Positions 26,752 through 36,979 of a stretch of 64,000 nucleotides of DNA are shown piece by piece. The first letter of the stretch is position 1; each line of letters begins with the position of its first letter. A program made the translations under genes and the position numbers. Origin of the DNA: a virus. The notes under the pieces are model-generated. The model saw only the letters and a program-made list of their open reading frames with translations. It was not told where the DNA came from and ran no database searches. The DNA lies in IMG/VR virus record IMGVR_UViG_3300027963_004416, positions 64,001 to 128,000 of that record; one strand, 5' to 3'.

Positions 26752-27963
26752 GCAGATATCGACACAAACAATTATGTACAGAATGGAAACTTCTACGATC
26801 AGTTCAGGTCAAACGGTGGCCAGTCTACACCCGGGTCTATTGAGTCTTTCAACGGTGATGTTAACAAAGCGTTAAGTACGGTATCAGGTGGTTTTTCTCT
26901 TAGCGGGCTTACTAGTAAGATTTCATCTATTGGTTCAGTTGATACTGTGAATAAATTTCTGTCAGTCTCTAAATTTAAAGATACATTTGGCTCGCCACCT
27001 GCAATACCTGGCCCTACGCCTGATGAAGTTACAAGCAAGTCTGTCAAACCACCATCGGAACTAGTTTATCCAGAAGATCTAGCTGATTATTTTATTACCT
27101 TCAAGTTCTTTGAGCGCTATCAAAAAAGCCCCATACAGCCGGTTGTTACATTGCCTGAGGTTAATATATCTCTTCCATTACCAGCTAATTTAAAAGAAAA
27201 TTTTCAGGCAACATACTCGGAGAAGCAGTTAGGTATATTTGGTATATTAGAAGAAGCAGGTATGCTTAATCCAGAGACCGCCGGTGAATTGTTTAGCGGC
27301 AGCAATACTAAAGAAGCAATATCTAGTTTTTCAGATAAAGGTGGCGCACTCGCCGATGTACTTACTAAGGGTGGAAATAAAACACAAAATTCTATTCTAG
27401 CTGTCAGGGGTCTTATATCAGGCACTGAAGCCGGGGCAGCTCTAGACCGGGCTACAGGTGCAGTATTTAACCCACATCAGGCTCTGCAGTTTGAAGGTGT
27501 CACTTTAAGAAAGCATAGCTTTAGTTTTAGATTATCACCGTCAAGTGAAAAAGAATCGAGAAAATTAAAGGCCATTTTACTACAGCTTAAAAAGAGAATG
27601 CTACCTGAAAAGACAGGTTTAGCATTAAGGTTTCCTAATCAATGCTCCATAACTATTACTACACCTGCCGGGGAATTTGCAGGGGATAAGCCCTCAATGG
27701 GAGGTTATGATTCATACATTATAATAAAAAAATGTTACCTAGAATCTATGTCAATTAACTATGCACCTGCAGGTGTACCATCATTCTTCTCAGGCGGTAG
27801 GCACCCAACAGAAATAGAAGTAGAACTTAATTTTGGTGAGATTGAGCCTGTAGTTCAAAATGACTTTACCGGTGCGTCCGGTCCCGCTCTCTCTTCCAAA
27901 GAAATAAGTGATATAAGAACTGCATCCACAACGAGCCCTACAAATAACAATACAAGCAAATGA
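26749..27963 (+). CDS. Baseplate tail-tube cap gp48-like
   Basis: NPH...FEGV.LR.HSF.F.L.P.SE.ES, C.LESMS.NY.P. Confidence 0.8.
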   Translation: MADIDTNNYVQNGNFYDQFRSNGGQSTPGSIESFNGDVNKALSTVSGGFSLSGLTSKISSIGSVDTVNKFLSVSKFKDTFGSPPAIPGPTPDEVTSKSVKPPSELVYPEDLADYFITFKFFERYQKSPIQPVVTLPEVNISLPLPANLKENFQATYSEKQLGIFGILEEAGMLNPETAGELFSGSNTKEAISSFSDKGGALADVLTKGGNKTQNSILAVRGLISGTEAGAALDRATGAVFNPHQALQFEGVTLRKHSFSFRLSPSSEKESRKLKAILLQLKKRMLPEKTGLALRFPNQCSITITTPAGEFAGDKPSMGGYDSYIIIKKCYLESMSINYAPAGVPSFFSGGRHPTEIEVELNFGEIEPVVQNDFTGASGPALSSKEISDIRTASTTSPTNNNTSK

Positions 27964-28835
27964 TTAATTTATTCGATAAATTTCCTAAAGTATCTTATGG
28001 CAATAATATTGCAATTAATATACTTACTTCAATAAAATTTAATGATATTGCAAAGAGAAATAATTTTGTCTTCTATCCCTACGTAGTTCAAGAAGGGGAG
28101 AGAGCAGATATAATATCTGCAAATTATTACGATGATGCAAAATATTCTTGGGTAATATATGCCGCCAATGATATTATAGATCCCTTTTATGATTGGCCGT
28201 TAAGTGAGAATGATTTTAAAACGTTTATTATTAAGAAGTATAGTTCTGCACAAGCAGCTATAGAAAAAATAGTATACTATACAACAAATTGGGAAGATGA
28301 TGATAGCATGCTATCTACGTCAGCATATCAAGCACTACCTGCAAGTCTAAAAAAATACTGGCAACCAATTGCAGGTATCAACAACAATATAGTTTCCTAT
28401 GAAAGAAAACCGCTTTCATTAATTAAAGAAACTAACAAAACGATTTATATTAATGTTGGTAATTCTAGTATTTTTAAATTAGAAGATAAAATACTTCAAT
28501 CAAACAGTACTTTAATAAGCACCGGCTTCGTCAAGAGTATCTCAGGTAATACAATATCGGTTCAACATATAGAAGGTTTATTTAATTCAACGTCAAATGT
28601 ATCTCTTTTCACAGACATAAACTCTAATACATCTGTTAGTGAGGTGATTAATTACATTGAAGATAGCTCTGGTAATTATATTAATTTAAATATACCAGAT
28701 AACGAGCTTGTTTACTGGAAACAAGTTAGTGCATATGATAGTGAAATAGAATTTAATAACTCAAAAAAAACTATTAAACTGCTTGATAAAGTATACCTTG
28801 ATCAAGTAGAAAAAGAACTTAAAGAGCTGCTGTAA
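27960..28835 (+). CDS. 53: Baseplate wedge gp53
   Basis: Y.VQEGERAD.IS..YY, N.IIDPFYDWPL, AYD.E...N..K..IKLL. Confidence 0.88.
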   Translation: MINLFDKFPKVSYGNNIAINILTSIKFNDIAKRNNFVFYPYVVQEGERADIISANYYDDAKYSWVIYAANDIIDPFYDWPLSENDFKTFIIKKYSSAQAAIEKIVYYTTNWEDDDSMLSTSAYQALPASLKKYWQPIAGINNNIVSYERKPLSLIKETNKTIYINVGNSSIFKLEDKILQSNSTLISTGFVKSISGNTISVQHIEGLFNSTSNVSLFTDINSNTSVSEVINYIEDSSGNYINLNIPDNELVYWKQVSAYDSEIEFNNSKKTIKLLDKVYLDQVEKELKELL

Positions 28836-30085
28836 TGGAGAAGTTTGATCTAGGCGACGTAAAGATACTGTCAGTAAAAATAATTCACTTCGACGGTACT
28901 ACTACTGTTGATATAAGGCAGCAGATAGGGTCAATTTCAATCTATGAAGATCTTCAACAACCTACAGTATATGCAGAAATTTTAGTAAATGATGCAGTAA
29001 ATCTAGTAAAAGACTTTCCAATAATAGGCAACGAAACTATTGAAATAAGTTTTAAAACTCCTACTAGAGATGATTTTGCAACTTATAAACTTAAAGTATA
29101 TACGGTTGAAGGTCAAGGTACAAGAAACTCCGGGCAAGCCACCGCCTACGTGCTGAAGGCAGTATCAGAAGAGCATTTTAAAAATACAGATTTTAATATT
29201 ACATCATCATATAAAGATACTATCGACAATATGGTATATGATATGATAAAGAATCAACTAAAAACAGATAAGCCGCTCTTTATAGAAAAAACGAGAGGTC
29301 TTAATTCTATATCATTTGCACGCGACACTCCCTTTGCATGTATTGATCTTCTTAGAAAAAGAGCTATTAACTTTACTCCATTTGGTGGTGTGTTTTACTT
29401 TTTTGAAAATCAATATGGGTTTCATTTTAAGTCGGTAGATAAGATGATTGAAGAAGGTAAAAAGACTATTCAATCTAAAGAGTTCTATTATGAGCCTACA
29501 GTCAGCACAGATAAAATTAGATCAGCTTATCAATTTAGAAACTTAATTAGGTTTGAGCATTTAAAAAAAGCAGATACAGCTTTAGATCAGATATCCGGGA
29601 TGTTTAGTAATAAAGTCTCTTCTTTTGATATTTTCACTAAAAGCTTTTCAGAAACTAAGTTTAATTTAAGTGAGCAGAAAAGAAATATAACAACTGGCCA
29701 GCAAGGAAAAACTGAACTACCATATGATGCAAAATTTATGAACAATAAAAGTAATGCAAATCAGCTTAATTTGTTTGTACCCTCAGATACAGAGAGAGGT
29801 AATGACTATATTAAAGACTTACTAGGACATAAGCATTCGCTTTTGCAAATACTTAATTTAAACATAGTTAGAGGTATGATTTACGGCGATAATATTATAT
29901 GTGTAGGAGATATGATTAAGCTTAATTTACCTGACACTTCAAGCTTTAATGAAAAAGAAAAATATGACTCTAGATTTTCAGGTAACTACATTATTCAGAA
30001 ATTAAGGCATTTAATAATACCGGAAGATAATAGATTTAAATATTACATTGCATTTGATGCTAACAAAATAGGAATTACAGGATGA
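28835..30085 (+). CDS. Baseplate hub protein (gp27-like)
   Basis: IYED, FYFFEN..GFHF.S, SGNYII..LRH; lies between 53 and 5. Confidence 0.65.
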   Translation: MEKFDLGDVKILSVKIIHFDGTTTVDIRQQIGSISIYEDLQQPTVYAEILVNDAVNLVKDFPIIGNETIEISFKTPTRDDFATYKLKVYTVEGQGTRNSGQATAYVLKAVSEEHFKNTDFNITSSYKDTIDNMVYDMIKNQLKTDKPLFIEKTRGLNSISFARDTPFACIDLLRKRAINFTPFGGVFYFFENQYGFHFKSVDKMIEEGKKTIQSKEFYYEPTVSTDKIRSAYQFRNLIRFEHLKKADTALDQISGMFSNKVSSFDIFTKSFSETKFNLSEQKRNITTGQQGKTELPYDAKFMNNKSNANQLNLFVPSDTERGNDYIKDLLGHKHSLLQILNLNIVRGMIYGDNIICVGDMIKLNLPDTSSFNEKEKYDSRFSGNYIIQKLRHLIIPEDNRFKYYIAFDANKIGITG

Positions 30086-30786
30086 CATCGCGACTATTAG
30101 GGCAAGAAGGATTTAGATGGTTTATAGGGGTAGTAGAGGATAGAGAGGACCCTAAAAAATTAGGAAGAGTAAAGGTAAGAGCTTTAAATACATATTCTGA
30201 CAGTAAAGCATCTGCTCCTACTGAATCCCTGCCTTGGGCTACAGTAATGCAACCTGTAAACAGCGCTGCTTATAACAAAATAGGTATTTCACCTACTGGT
30301 ATATTAGTAGGTTCAACAGTTGTAGGGTTTTTCATGGATGTTAATGAATGCAATTATCCAGTTATTCTAGGGACTATTGCAGGTATACCTGGCAATGATA
30401 TTAACAATCATGATGTACCTTATGAGGCAAGAGAAATAAATAAAATTATTAAGTCGCCAATAGGACCTGAGCCTGAATCTCCTTACGGTACCAAATATCC
30501 ATATAATAAAGTAATTAGAACAGAGAGCGGCCATGTAATAGAAGTTGATGATACTCCAGACAACGAAAGAATCCACATATATCATAAATCCGGCACCTAT
30601 TCAGAAATTAACAATGAAGGTAGAAAGACAGATAAAGTCGTTGGAGATCATATAGAAGTAGTACTAAAAGATAATACGGTGCTGGTAAAGGGGAATGTTA
30701 ATATACTAGTAGAAGGCACTTATACAGTAGAATCTAAAGGTAATATGAAGTTTATAGCCCCTAGAATAGACTTAAATCCTAACTAA
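30082..30786 (+). CDS. 5: Baseplate spike gp5 (OB fold + beta-helix, no lysozyme domain)
   Basis: WFIGVVEDREDP.KLGRVKVR, LPWA, YPYNKV..TESGH..E.DDTP..ERI. Confidence 0.9.
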   Translation: MTSRLLGQEGFRWFIGVVEDREDPKKLGRVKVRALNTYSDSKASAPTESLPWATVMQPVNSAAYNKIGISPTGILVGSTVVGFFMDVNECNYPVILGTIAGIPGNDINNHDVPYEAREINKIIKSPIGPEPESPYGTKYPYNKVIRTESGHVIEVDDTPDNERIHIYHKSGTYSEINNEGRKTDKVVGDHIEVVLKDNTVLVKGNVNILVEGTYTVESKGNMKFIAPRIDLNPN

Positions 30787-30787
30787 T

Positions 30788-31081
30788 ATGACTAATCCGG
30801 TTCATCGAGATACAGACTCAAGAGTGTGTGGAGCTACTACTACGAGTCAGCAAGGTAAGCAGGTATATGTCAATAATCTCCTATGGGCTATAGACGGGGA
30901 CCCTAATTCACACGGAGGAGGGTCTTTAATAGCTGCTACTAATAGTGTCTATATTGGAGGAGTTGCAGTTGTTAATACCGGTGATCATGCATCTGCCGAC
31001 TCTCTTTGCGTCCCAGTAGGGCCCCCGCATTGTGATCCTGTAGCTTCACAAGGGTCATTAAACGTATTTGTAGGAGATTAA
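30788..31081 (+). CDS. PAAR-type spike tip protein (gp5.4-like)
   Basis: HR..D...CG, H, GS.NVFVG. Confidence 0.8.
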   Translation: MTNPVHRDTDSRVCGATTTSQQGKQVYVNNLLWAIDGDPNSHGGGSLIAATNSVYIGGVAVVNTGDHASADSLCVPVGPPHCDPVASQGSLNVFVGD

Positions 31082-31082
31082 A

Positions 31083-31511
31083 ATGGCGTTAGTTAAACAG
31101 ACTAATAGAACAAAAAGCACAGTAGTACAAGAAGTAAAGTATTCAGATTTTACTAATAATATTCAGTCATTTTATGGTTCTAATGACGTAGCTCTAATTA
31201 AAAATGAAGATGCAGTTTCAAACTCTATTAGAAACTTACTTCTTCTTAATAGAGGAGAAAGATTCTTTGCTCCCGAAATAGGAAGCAATATTAAAGCCCT
31301 TTTATTTGAAAACATTACACCTATCACAACAAGCGCGCTTAAAAGTTACATTATTGAAACTATAGATAATTTTGAACCTAGAGCAAAATTAATAGATGTA
31401 ATAGTAGATGCTTCACCAGATGAAAACTCCTACTCAGTTACTGTGTATTTTTCTACCATAAATAAAACTGAACCTACAGTTATTGAACTATTACTTAACA
31501 GGATAAGGTAA
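31083..31511 (+). CDS. 25: Baseplate wedge gp25
   Basis: SIRNL....GERFF.P.IGS, I.NFEPR. Confidence 0.92.
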   Translation: MALVKQTNRTKSTVVQEVKYSDFTNNIQSFYGSNDVALIKNEDAVSNSIRNLLLLNRGERFFAPEIGSNIKALLFENITPITTSALKSYIIETIDNFEPRAKLIDVIVDASPDENSYSVTVYFSTINKTEPTVIELLLNRIR

Positions 31512-33298
31512 TGGCAAACACTAGTATTAACCTAGTGTCTTTAGATTTTGAAAAAATCAAAGACAACTTAAAACAATACCTTCAGAGAAGTGATTCTCCG
31601 TTCAAGGACTATCTGTACGAAGGTTCAAACATTTCACAGCTTGTAGATCTACTTGCGTATAATGCATATCTACAATCCTTTTATACCAATATGGTTGCTT
31701 CTGAAATGTTCCTTGACTCGGCTCAACTAAGGGATAGCGTTGTCTCGCATGCTAAAGAGCTAGCTTATGTGCCCAGATCTTTTAGATCTGCTGTAGCCGA
31801 AATATCTTTTGTTGTAACACCAACTATCACTTTAGGTGCTCTCCTTATACCAAAGGGTACTACTTTTACATCAAAAGTAGGTAGTAATACTTTTTCTTTT
31901 GCTACAGAAGAAAATATAGTTGTACCTGCCAATACTGATGGGAAGTTTTATTCAAATATTAGCATTTACGAAGGTATTTACACATCAGACTCATTTGTAG
32001 TGGATAATTCTAATACGGCTCAAAGATTTGTTTTATCAAATCCTACCATTGATACTAGAAGTATCACAGTGTCAGTAGCGGAGAATAATGGAGCTAATAT
32101 TTATTCTTGCACTAGAGCGGCCTCTTTTCTAGGGCTAAGTTCAAATTCTGAAGTTTATTTTTTACAAGCAGCGGAAAACTCTCAATATGAGATTCTGTTC
32201 GGTGATAATATTATTAGTAAAAGGCCTTCTACCGGGGCTATAGTTATAGTTGAATATAGGGTCAGTAATGGTCAGCTACCTAATGGTGCCTCATCATTTA
32301 CTATCGACGGACCTATACAAGGACAGTCAAATACAAGTGATATAAAGACTGTAGCTGAAGCTGTAGGAGGAGATGTTAATGAGAGCATTGAATCGATTAA
32401 GCTTAATGCTCCTAGATACTACCAAAATCAAGAAAGAGCTGTTACAGCTTCAGATTATGAAAGTCTTTTAAAGACTAATTTTCCTGAAGTAACAGCTGTG
32501 TCTGCGTTTGGAGGTGAGGAAGCAATAGTACCTCAATACGGTAAAGTGTACGTGGCCGTAGACCTAGAAGGATATAACGGTATCCCTGATTCAATGAAAA
32601 AAAGATACTATGACTTTTTAAAGCAGCGTTCGCCCCTCAGCATAGATCCTATAATTATACAACCTAAATTTTTAAAAATTGAGTGCTATACAAGAGTAAG
32701 ATATAACATAAACAAAACTTCCCTTAAGTCAAGTGATATTAGGAGTATTGTTACTTCAGCTATTAGCAGTTATAATAAAAATTATCTATCCGGGTTCAAG
32801 AAGACACTTAGATTTAGTAGATTAGTTAGTGATATTGATAACTCTCACTCAAGTATTATTAGTAATGATACCTATTTAAGAACCTTTCTAGATTTTTCAC
32901 CTGACCCGGTAATTGAAGAGAATTTTACTTTGGAATTTGATATTCCGCTCAGTACATTTAATAATATGACATCAGAACACTTAAGTGCGGAATATTATTC
33001 AATTACTTCATCTCCATTCACCTATAAAAATAAAGAATGCTTCCTAGAAGATGATGCTGAGGGTACTTTGCGTATTGTAGTAAATGTTAATGGGGCCCAT
33101 GAAGTAGTAAAGAATGTAGGTACTGTAGATTATAAAAATGGCATCGTCAATATAGTTAATTTTAATGCATCATACCTAGGTAGTAGTATTCGAGTTTATG
33201 CAGATACCACTACCAGAGACATCACATCTAATAAAAATACAATTATCTTAATAGATGATGCTGATATACAAGTCGTAGTAGAACAGGTTAAAGAATAA
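31511..33298 (+). CDS. 6: Baseplate wedge gp6
   Basis: LDF..IK.NLK.YL, EMFLDSAQLRDSVVSHAK, Q.RAVTA.DY. Confidence 0.95.
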   Translation: MANTSINLVSLDFEKIKDNLKQYLQRSDSPFKDYLYEGSNISQLVDLLAYNAYLQSFYTNMVASEMFLDSAQLRDSVVSHAKELAYVPRSFRSAVAEISFVVTPTITLGALLIPKGTTFTSKVGSNTFSFATEENIVVPANTDGKFYSNISIYEGIYTSDSFVVDNSNTAQRFVLSNPTIDTRSITVSVAENNGANIYSCTRAASFLGLSSNSEVYFLQAAENSQYEILFGDNIISKRPSTGAIVIVEYRVSNGQLPNGASSFTIDGPIQGQSNTSDIKTVAEAVGGDVNESIESIKLNAPRYYQNQERAVTASDYESLLKTNFPEVTAVSAFGGEEAIVPQYGKVYVAVDLEGYNGIPDSMKKRYYDFLKQRSPLSIDPIIIQPKFLKIECYTRVRYNINKTSLKSSDIRSIVTSAISSYNKNYLSGFKKTLRFSRLVSDIDNSHSSIISNDTYLRTFLDFSPDPVIEENFTLEFDIPLSTFNNMTSEHLSAEYYSITSSPFTYKNKECFLEDDAEGTLRIVVNVNGAHEVVKNVGTVDYKNGIVNIVNFNASYLGSSIRVYADTTTRDITSNKNTIILIDDADIQVVVEQVKE

Positions 33299-36200
33299 TG
33301 AGAGATATTGAAAACTCTATTAGCAACTTTGTAGAGCTGCAGTTTCCTGAATTTTACAGAGAGGAAGGTCCGCTTTTCGTATTATTTGCTAAAGAATACT
33401 TTACGTTTCTTGAAACCTGTTATACATATGCCGAGTTAGAAGTTGACACAGGATTTAATATAGGAGATACAGTATCTCAAGGCGGGGCTACAGGCTCAAT
33501 CGAAGCTAAGAGTGGTAAATTTATTTTAATAAGAAATACAAGCTCGGAAGGATTTAAGTGTAAGTTAAAGTGTCAAGAATTAATTTATATTTTAAGTTCT
33601 TCAGGTAGCCAAACATATATTGAATCTCTCTCCTCACCTAGCGTTTACTATCACTCAAGAAATCTTTTTGACTATAGAGATATTGATAAAACCGCTGATT
33701 ATTTTTTAGTTTACTTTAAGGAAAAATATCTTAAAGGTATACAGTTTAATACTAATACTAGTAAAAGAAATCTTATAAAAGCAGCCTTCGACCTATTCAG
33801 AGCAAAAGGCACTGAGCGCTCTATAGACCTATTATTTAAATTAGTATTTGGAACCAAAGCGGAAGTATATTATCCGGGAGATGATATCCTGCGGCCCTCT
33901 GGCGGCAAGTGGAAGCTACCTGTATATCTTGAAGTATCCCGCAGTTCACGCACAACAAGCTATACAGGTAAACTTATCTCAGGATCTAAGTCTGGAGCTG
34001 AAGGGTTTGTAGAATCAATAATTACTAGAAATGTCAAAGGTAAATTAATTGACATTCTATACCTTAGCAATGCTAAAGGACCCTTTGTAGCAGGTGATAT
34101 TATTACTGAGAATGGAATAATAGAAAATGCGCCAGTTCACCTAGGGTCTTTAAATTCTATTACTATTACTCAAGGCGGTAGCTTATTCGTAGTTGGTGAG
34201 ATAGTCAATATAGTAAGCGCTAGCGGTATATCTGGTAAAGCAATAGTTAATTCTATTTCTTCTGAGACAGGAATAGTGAGGTTTACTTTAGTAGATGGAG
34301 GGTGGGGATATAGTGTTAATGCCACCTCTATCGTGTCAACGAAAGTTCTAGAATATTCTAATTACTATAATAGTAATACCTCTGTAACTGCATTTACCGA
34401 CCATGAAACTGTAGAGCAGAACCTGCATAGCTTAGGAATAACTGAGGTAGTAGGCCTATTGGAGGTTAAAGATTTTATTAATAATCCTAGCGGGGCAAAT
34501 TCTGTTGTAGTACAGTCAGATCATGTGCTTAACTCCAATAGCGCAACTATAATTGTTAATACTCTAGCAAATAATATTTTAGCAAATGGTAATCTTAAAA
34601 TACCTAAAAAGCAACTTTTAGTTGTTAATACTAGTATTTTTTACCCGGTTGGTTCAGTCGTAAATCAATCTAATGGCACCTCGCTACTTACAAAAGCAGT
34701 AGTAAATGCAGTATCTAATGTAGCCGTACTTACTATAAATGCCACTCCTGTTATATCAGGAGTAGGTTTTCATATAGGTCAATTTATTACCCAGAACGGG
34801 ACGGGAGCCAACGGCATCGTCGTTGCTGTACCATATACAAGCTATTACGGGTTTACAAATGTTACTCATGTCGTATTAAGAGGGGTAGGCGGTACATTTA
34901 ATAATACCGGGACATTAAACGTTTATCCGAGCGCAGCTAATCTTACTTTAGTATCTACTGCTACTCCAAATACCGCTCAACTTGGCTATCAAATACTACT
35001 TAATGATAGCTCAGTACTCCCATCAGGTAATATACAATGGTTTGCAAATAATCTTATTTCTAATGCAACTATAGGAAATAGTACAATTATAGTATCATCG
35101 GATGTTGGTGGTATAATTTCGACAAATACATCTGTAACTGCGACTGGTAATGTAATTGGATCTAACTCAGGATACTTAGGAATTACTTCAGTTAACAATG
35201 CGTTTTATTCTGTTAATGGTAACATTATAGTAGGTCGTCAAAGTAATTCAGTAGCAACTATTACTCTTGTTTCAAGCGGATCTGGGGCTAATGTTAGAGT
35301 AGGCTCTATTACTGATACTGAGTCGGTAAGACTAGCACAGGATTTAATATCTTCTAATAATGTACTTAACGTGCCTTTTTATAATATGATTATTAATGGA
35401 GCAAACTCAGGATATGGATATTTAAGCGGTGTGCTTATTTTATACTCAGGCAGCTCATATTCAAATGCGGATGTAGTTACTTTTACTGGAGGAACCTATT
35501 CAGGATTTAGAGCAGGTAATGCTAGTATAGTAACTAATAGCAGCGGCGGTATTACTTCTGTAGTATTAGCTTCTAATGTTGGTAGTGGGTATAGCTCTTC
35601 ACCTTCAGCTAACGTGGCTACTTCTACAGGCTCCGGAGCCATACTTTATCCATTATTCCCGCTAGGGTTTGTTAAAACTCCGGCTGGAGATCTTATAAAT
35701 GATACTTTATTAAATATTTTTAGATTTCAAGATTATACTATTGGTAGTATTGCAACTTTAGCCGGTATCAACCCTGGTGAGAATTATAATTTGGCTCCCT
35801 TTATAAGAATAACGGAACCTGCAGTAGCGAGTCTCGGCAAAGAAGATGTTGTATTAAATGTTACTAATGTTAATAAATCATTTATAGTCGGTGAAAATAT
35901 TAGACAGAGTGTAGTATTGTCCGGCAATACTATAACATCTAACAATCTAGTAGGCAACTCAAGTTATGCAAACGGTGAATTAGTTTATAGCACTAATGGT
36001 ATCAGGCGTATAGCAGAAGGCACTATTGATACTATAACATCCTCCACTCCTAATTCTGTTATAAATGTATTGAACGTTATTGGTCAATTTAGCAATACAG
36101 TTACAGCTAGCAAGCTCACAGTAAGCTCCAACTCGTTGTTTAGTCCCGGTGATTTAATAAGACAAGGCACCGGAGGATCTCAGGCAAACGGTATATTAGT

Positions 36201-36978
36201 AACTTCTAATAATACTACGCTAATAGTAAAAAGTGTAAGCGGCACTTTTGCTGCTAACGCAACGGCCGTGACAAGTAGTAGTACTGGTAGTACAACTATA
36301 TCGGCCGCAAATAATTCATTTAGCATTTATCAGCTTACAGGTAGTACCTCCAACTGCACATCCAATATACTTAACACTACTGTCTATACCTCTATTAAGA
36401 CCGCTAAAGGTATAGTTAGATCTATTAATGGCAACTTTATTACTGTCAGGAGAAAAAGCCTATTCACAGAATTTGAAGTTTCATCTAGTAATACTCTTTA
36501 TGGGATAACATCGTATGCAAATGCCTCGGTGATTTCTGTTACGGGTGATGCGACTTCAAATGATGCAGGGGATAATGCTATAGTTTCTGCTAATGTAATA
36601 ACGGCTAACGGTAGTATTTCAGAACTTACTATATTTGATAGCGGGCTGGGATATCTAAATCAAGAAACCGTAGATATGGTCTCTTCTGCTACCGGCATTG
36701 AAGCTACCGGTAAGGCAAATGTTATTAATCAGGGTACAGGCGAAGGATATTTTGAAACCAGTGATGGTTTCTTAAGCGATAATAAATTTATTCATGATGG
36801 AGTATACTATCAAGAATATTCTTATGAGGTACAGAGTGAAATTCCATTAGATAAATATTCAGATATTCTAAAACAAATACTTCACGTAGCCGGTACTAAT
36901 TTATTTGGTAAGGTACTAACTAGCTCTTATATTAATACTCCTGTCTCTGTTACCAATTCAAGTATAACTATAGTTTAA
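33298..36978 (+). CDS. Baseplate wedge gp7-like protein
   Basis: QFPEF, KGTE.SI..LF.L.FG, YYQEYSY, H.AG. Confidence 0.75.
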   Translation: MRDIENSISNFVELQFPEFYREEGPLFVLFAKEYFTFLETCYTYAELEVDTGFNIGDTVSQGGATGSIEAKSGKFILIRNTSSEGFKCKLKCQELIYILSSSGSQTYIESLSSPSVYYHSRNLFDYRDIDKTADYFLVYFKEKYLKGIQFNTNTSKRNLIKAAFDLFRAKGTERSIDLLFKLVFGTKAEVYYPGDDILRPSGGKWKLPVYLEVSRSSRTTSYTGKLISGSKSGAEGFVESIITRNVKGKLIDILYLSNAKGPFVAGDIITENGIIENAPVHLGSLNSITITQGGSLFVVGEIVNIVSASGISGKAIVNSISSETGIVRFTLVDGGWGYSVNATSIVSTKVLEYSNYYNSNTSVTAFTDHETVEQNLHSLGITEVVGLLEVKDFINNPSGANSVVVQSDHVLNSNSATIIVNTLANNILANGNLKIPKKQLLVVNTSIFYPVGSVVNQSNGTSLLTKAVVNAVSNVAVLTINATPVISGVGFHIGQFITQNGTGANGIVVAVPYTSYYGFTNVTHVVLRGVGGTFNNTGTLNVYPSAANLTLVSTATPNTAQLGYQILLNDSSVLPSGNIQWFANNLISNATIGNSTIIVSSDVGGIISTNTSVTATGNVIGSNSGYLGITSVNNAFYSVNGNIIVGRQSNSVATITLVSSGSGANVRVGSITDTESVRLAQDLISSNNVLNVPFYNMIINGANSGYGYLSGVLILYSGSSYSNADVVTFTGGTYSGFRAGNASIVTNSSGGITSVVLASNVGSGYSSSPSANVATSTGSGAILYPLFPLGFVKTPAGDLINDTLLNIFRFQDYTIGSIATLAGINPGENYNLAPFIRITEPAVASLGKEDVVLNVTNVNKSFIVGENIRQSVVLSGNTITSNNLVGNSSYANGELVYSTNGIRRIAEGTIDTITSSTPNSVINVLNVIGQFSNTVTASKLTVSSNSLFSPGDLIRQGTGGSQANGILVTSNNTTLIVKSVSGTFAANATAVTSSSTGSTTISAANNSFSIYQLTGSTSNCTSNILNTTVYTSIKTAKGIVRSINGNFITVRRKSLFTEFEVSSSNTLYGITSYANASVISVTGDATSNDAGDNAIVSANVITANGSISELTIFDSGLGYLNQETVDMVSSATGIEATGKANVINQGTGEGYFETSDGFLSDNKFIHDGVYYQEYSYEVQSEIPLDKYSDILKQILHVAGTNLFGKVLTSSYINTPVSVTNSSITIV

Positions 36979-36979
36979 T

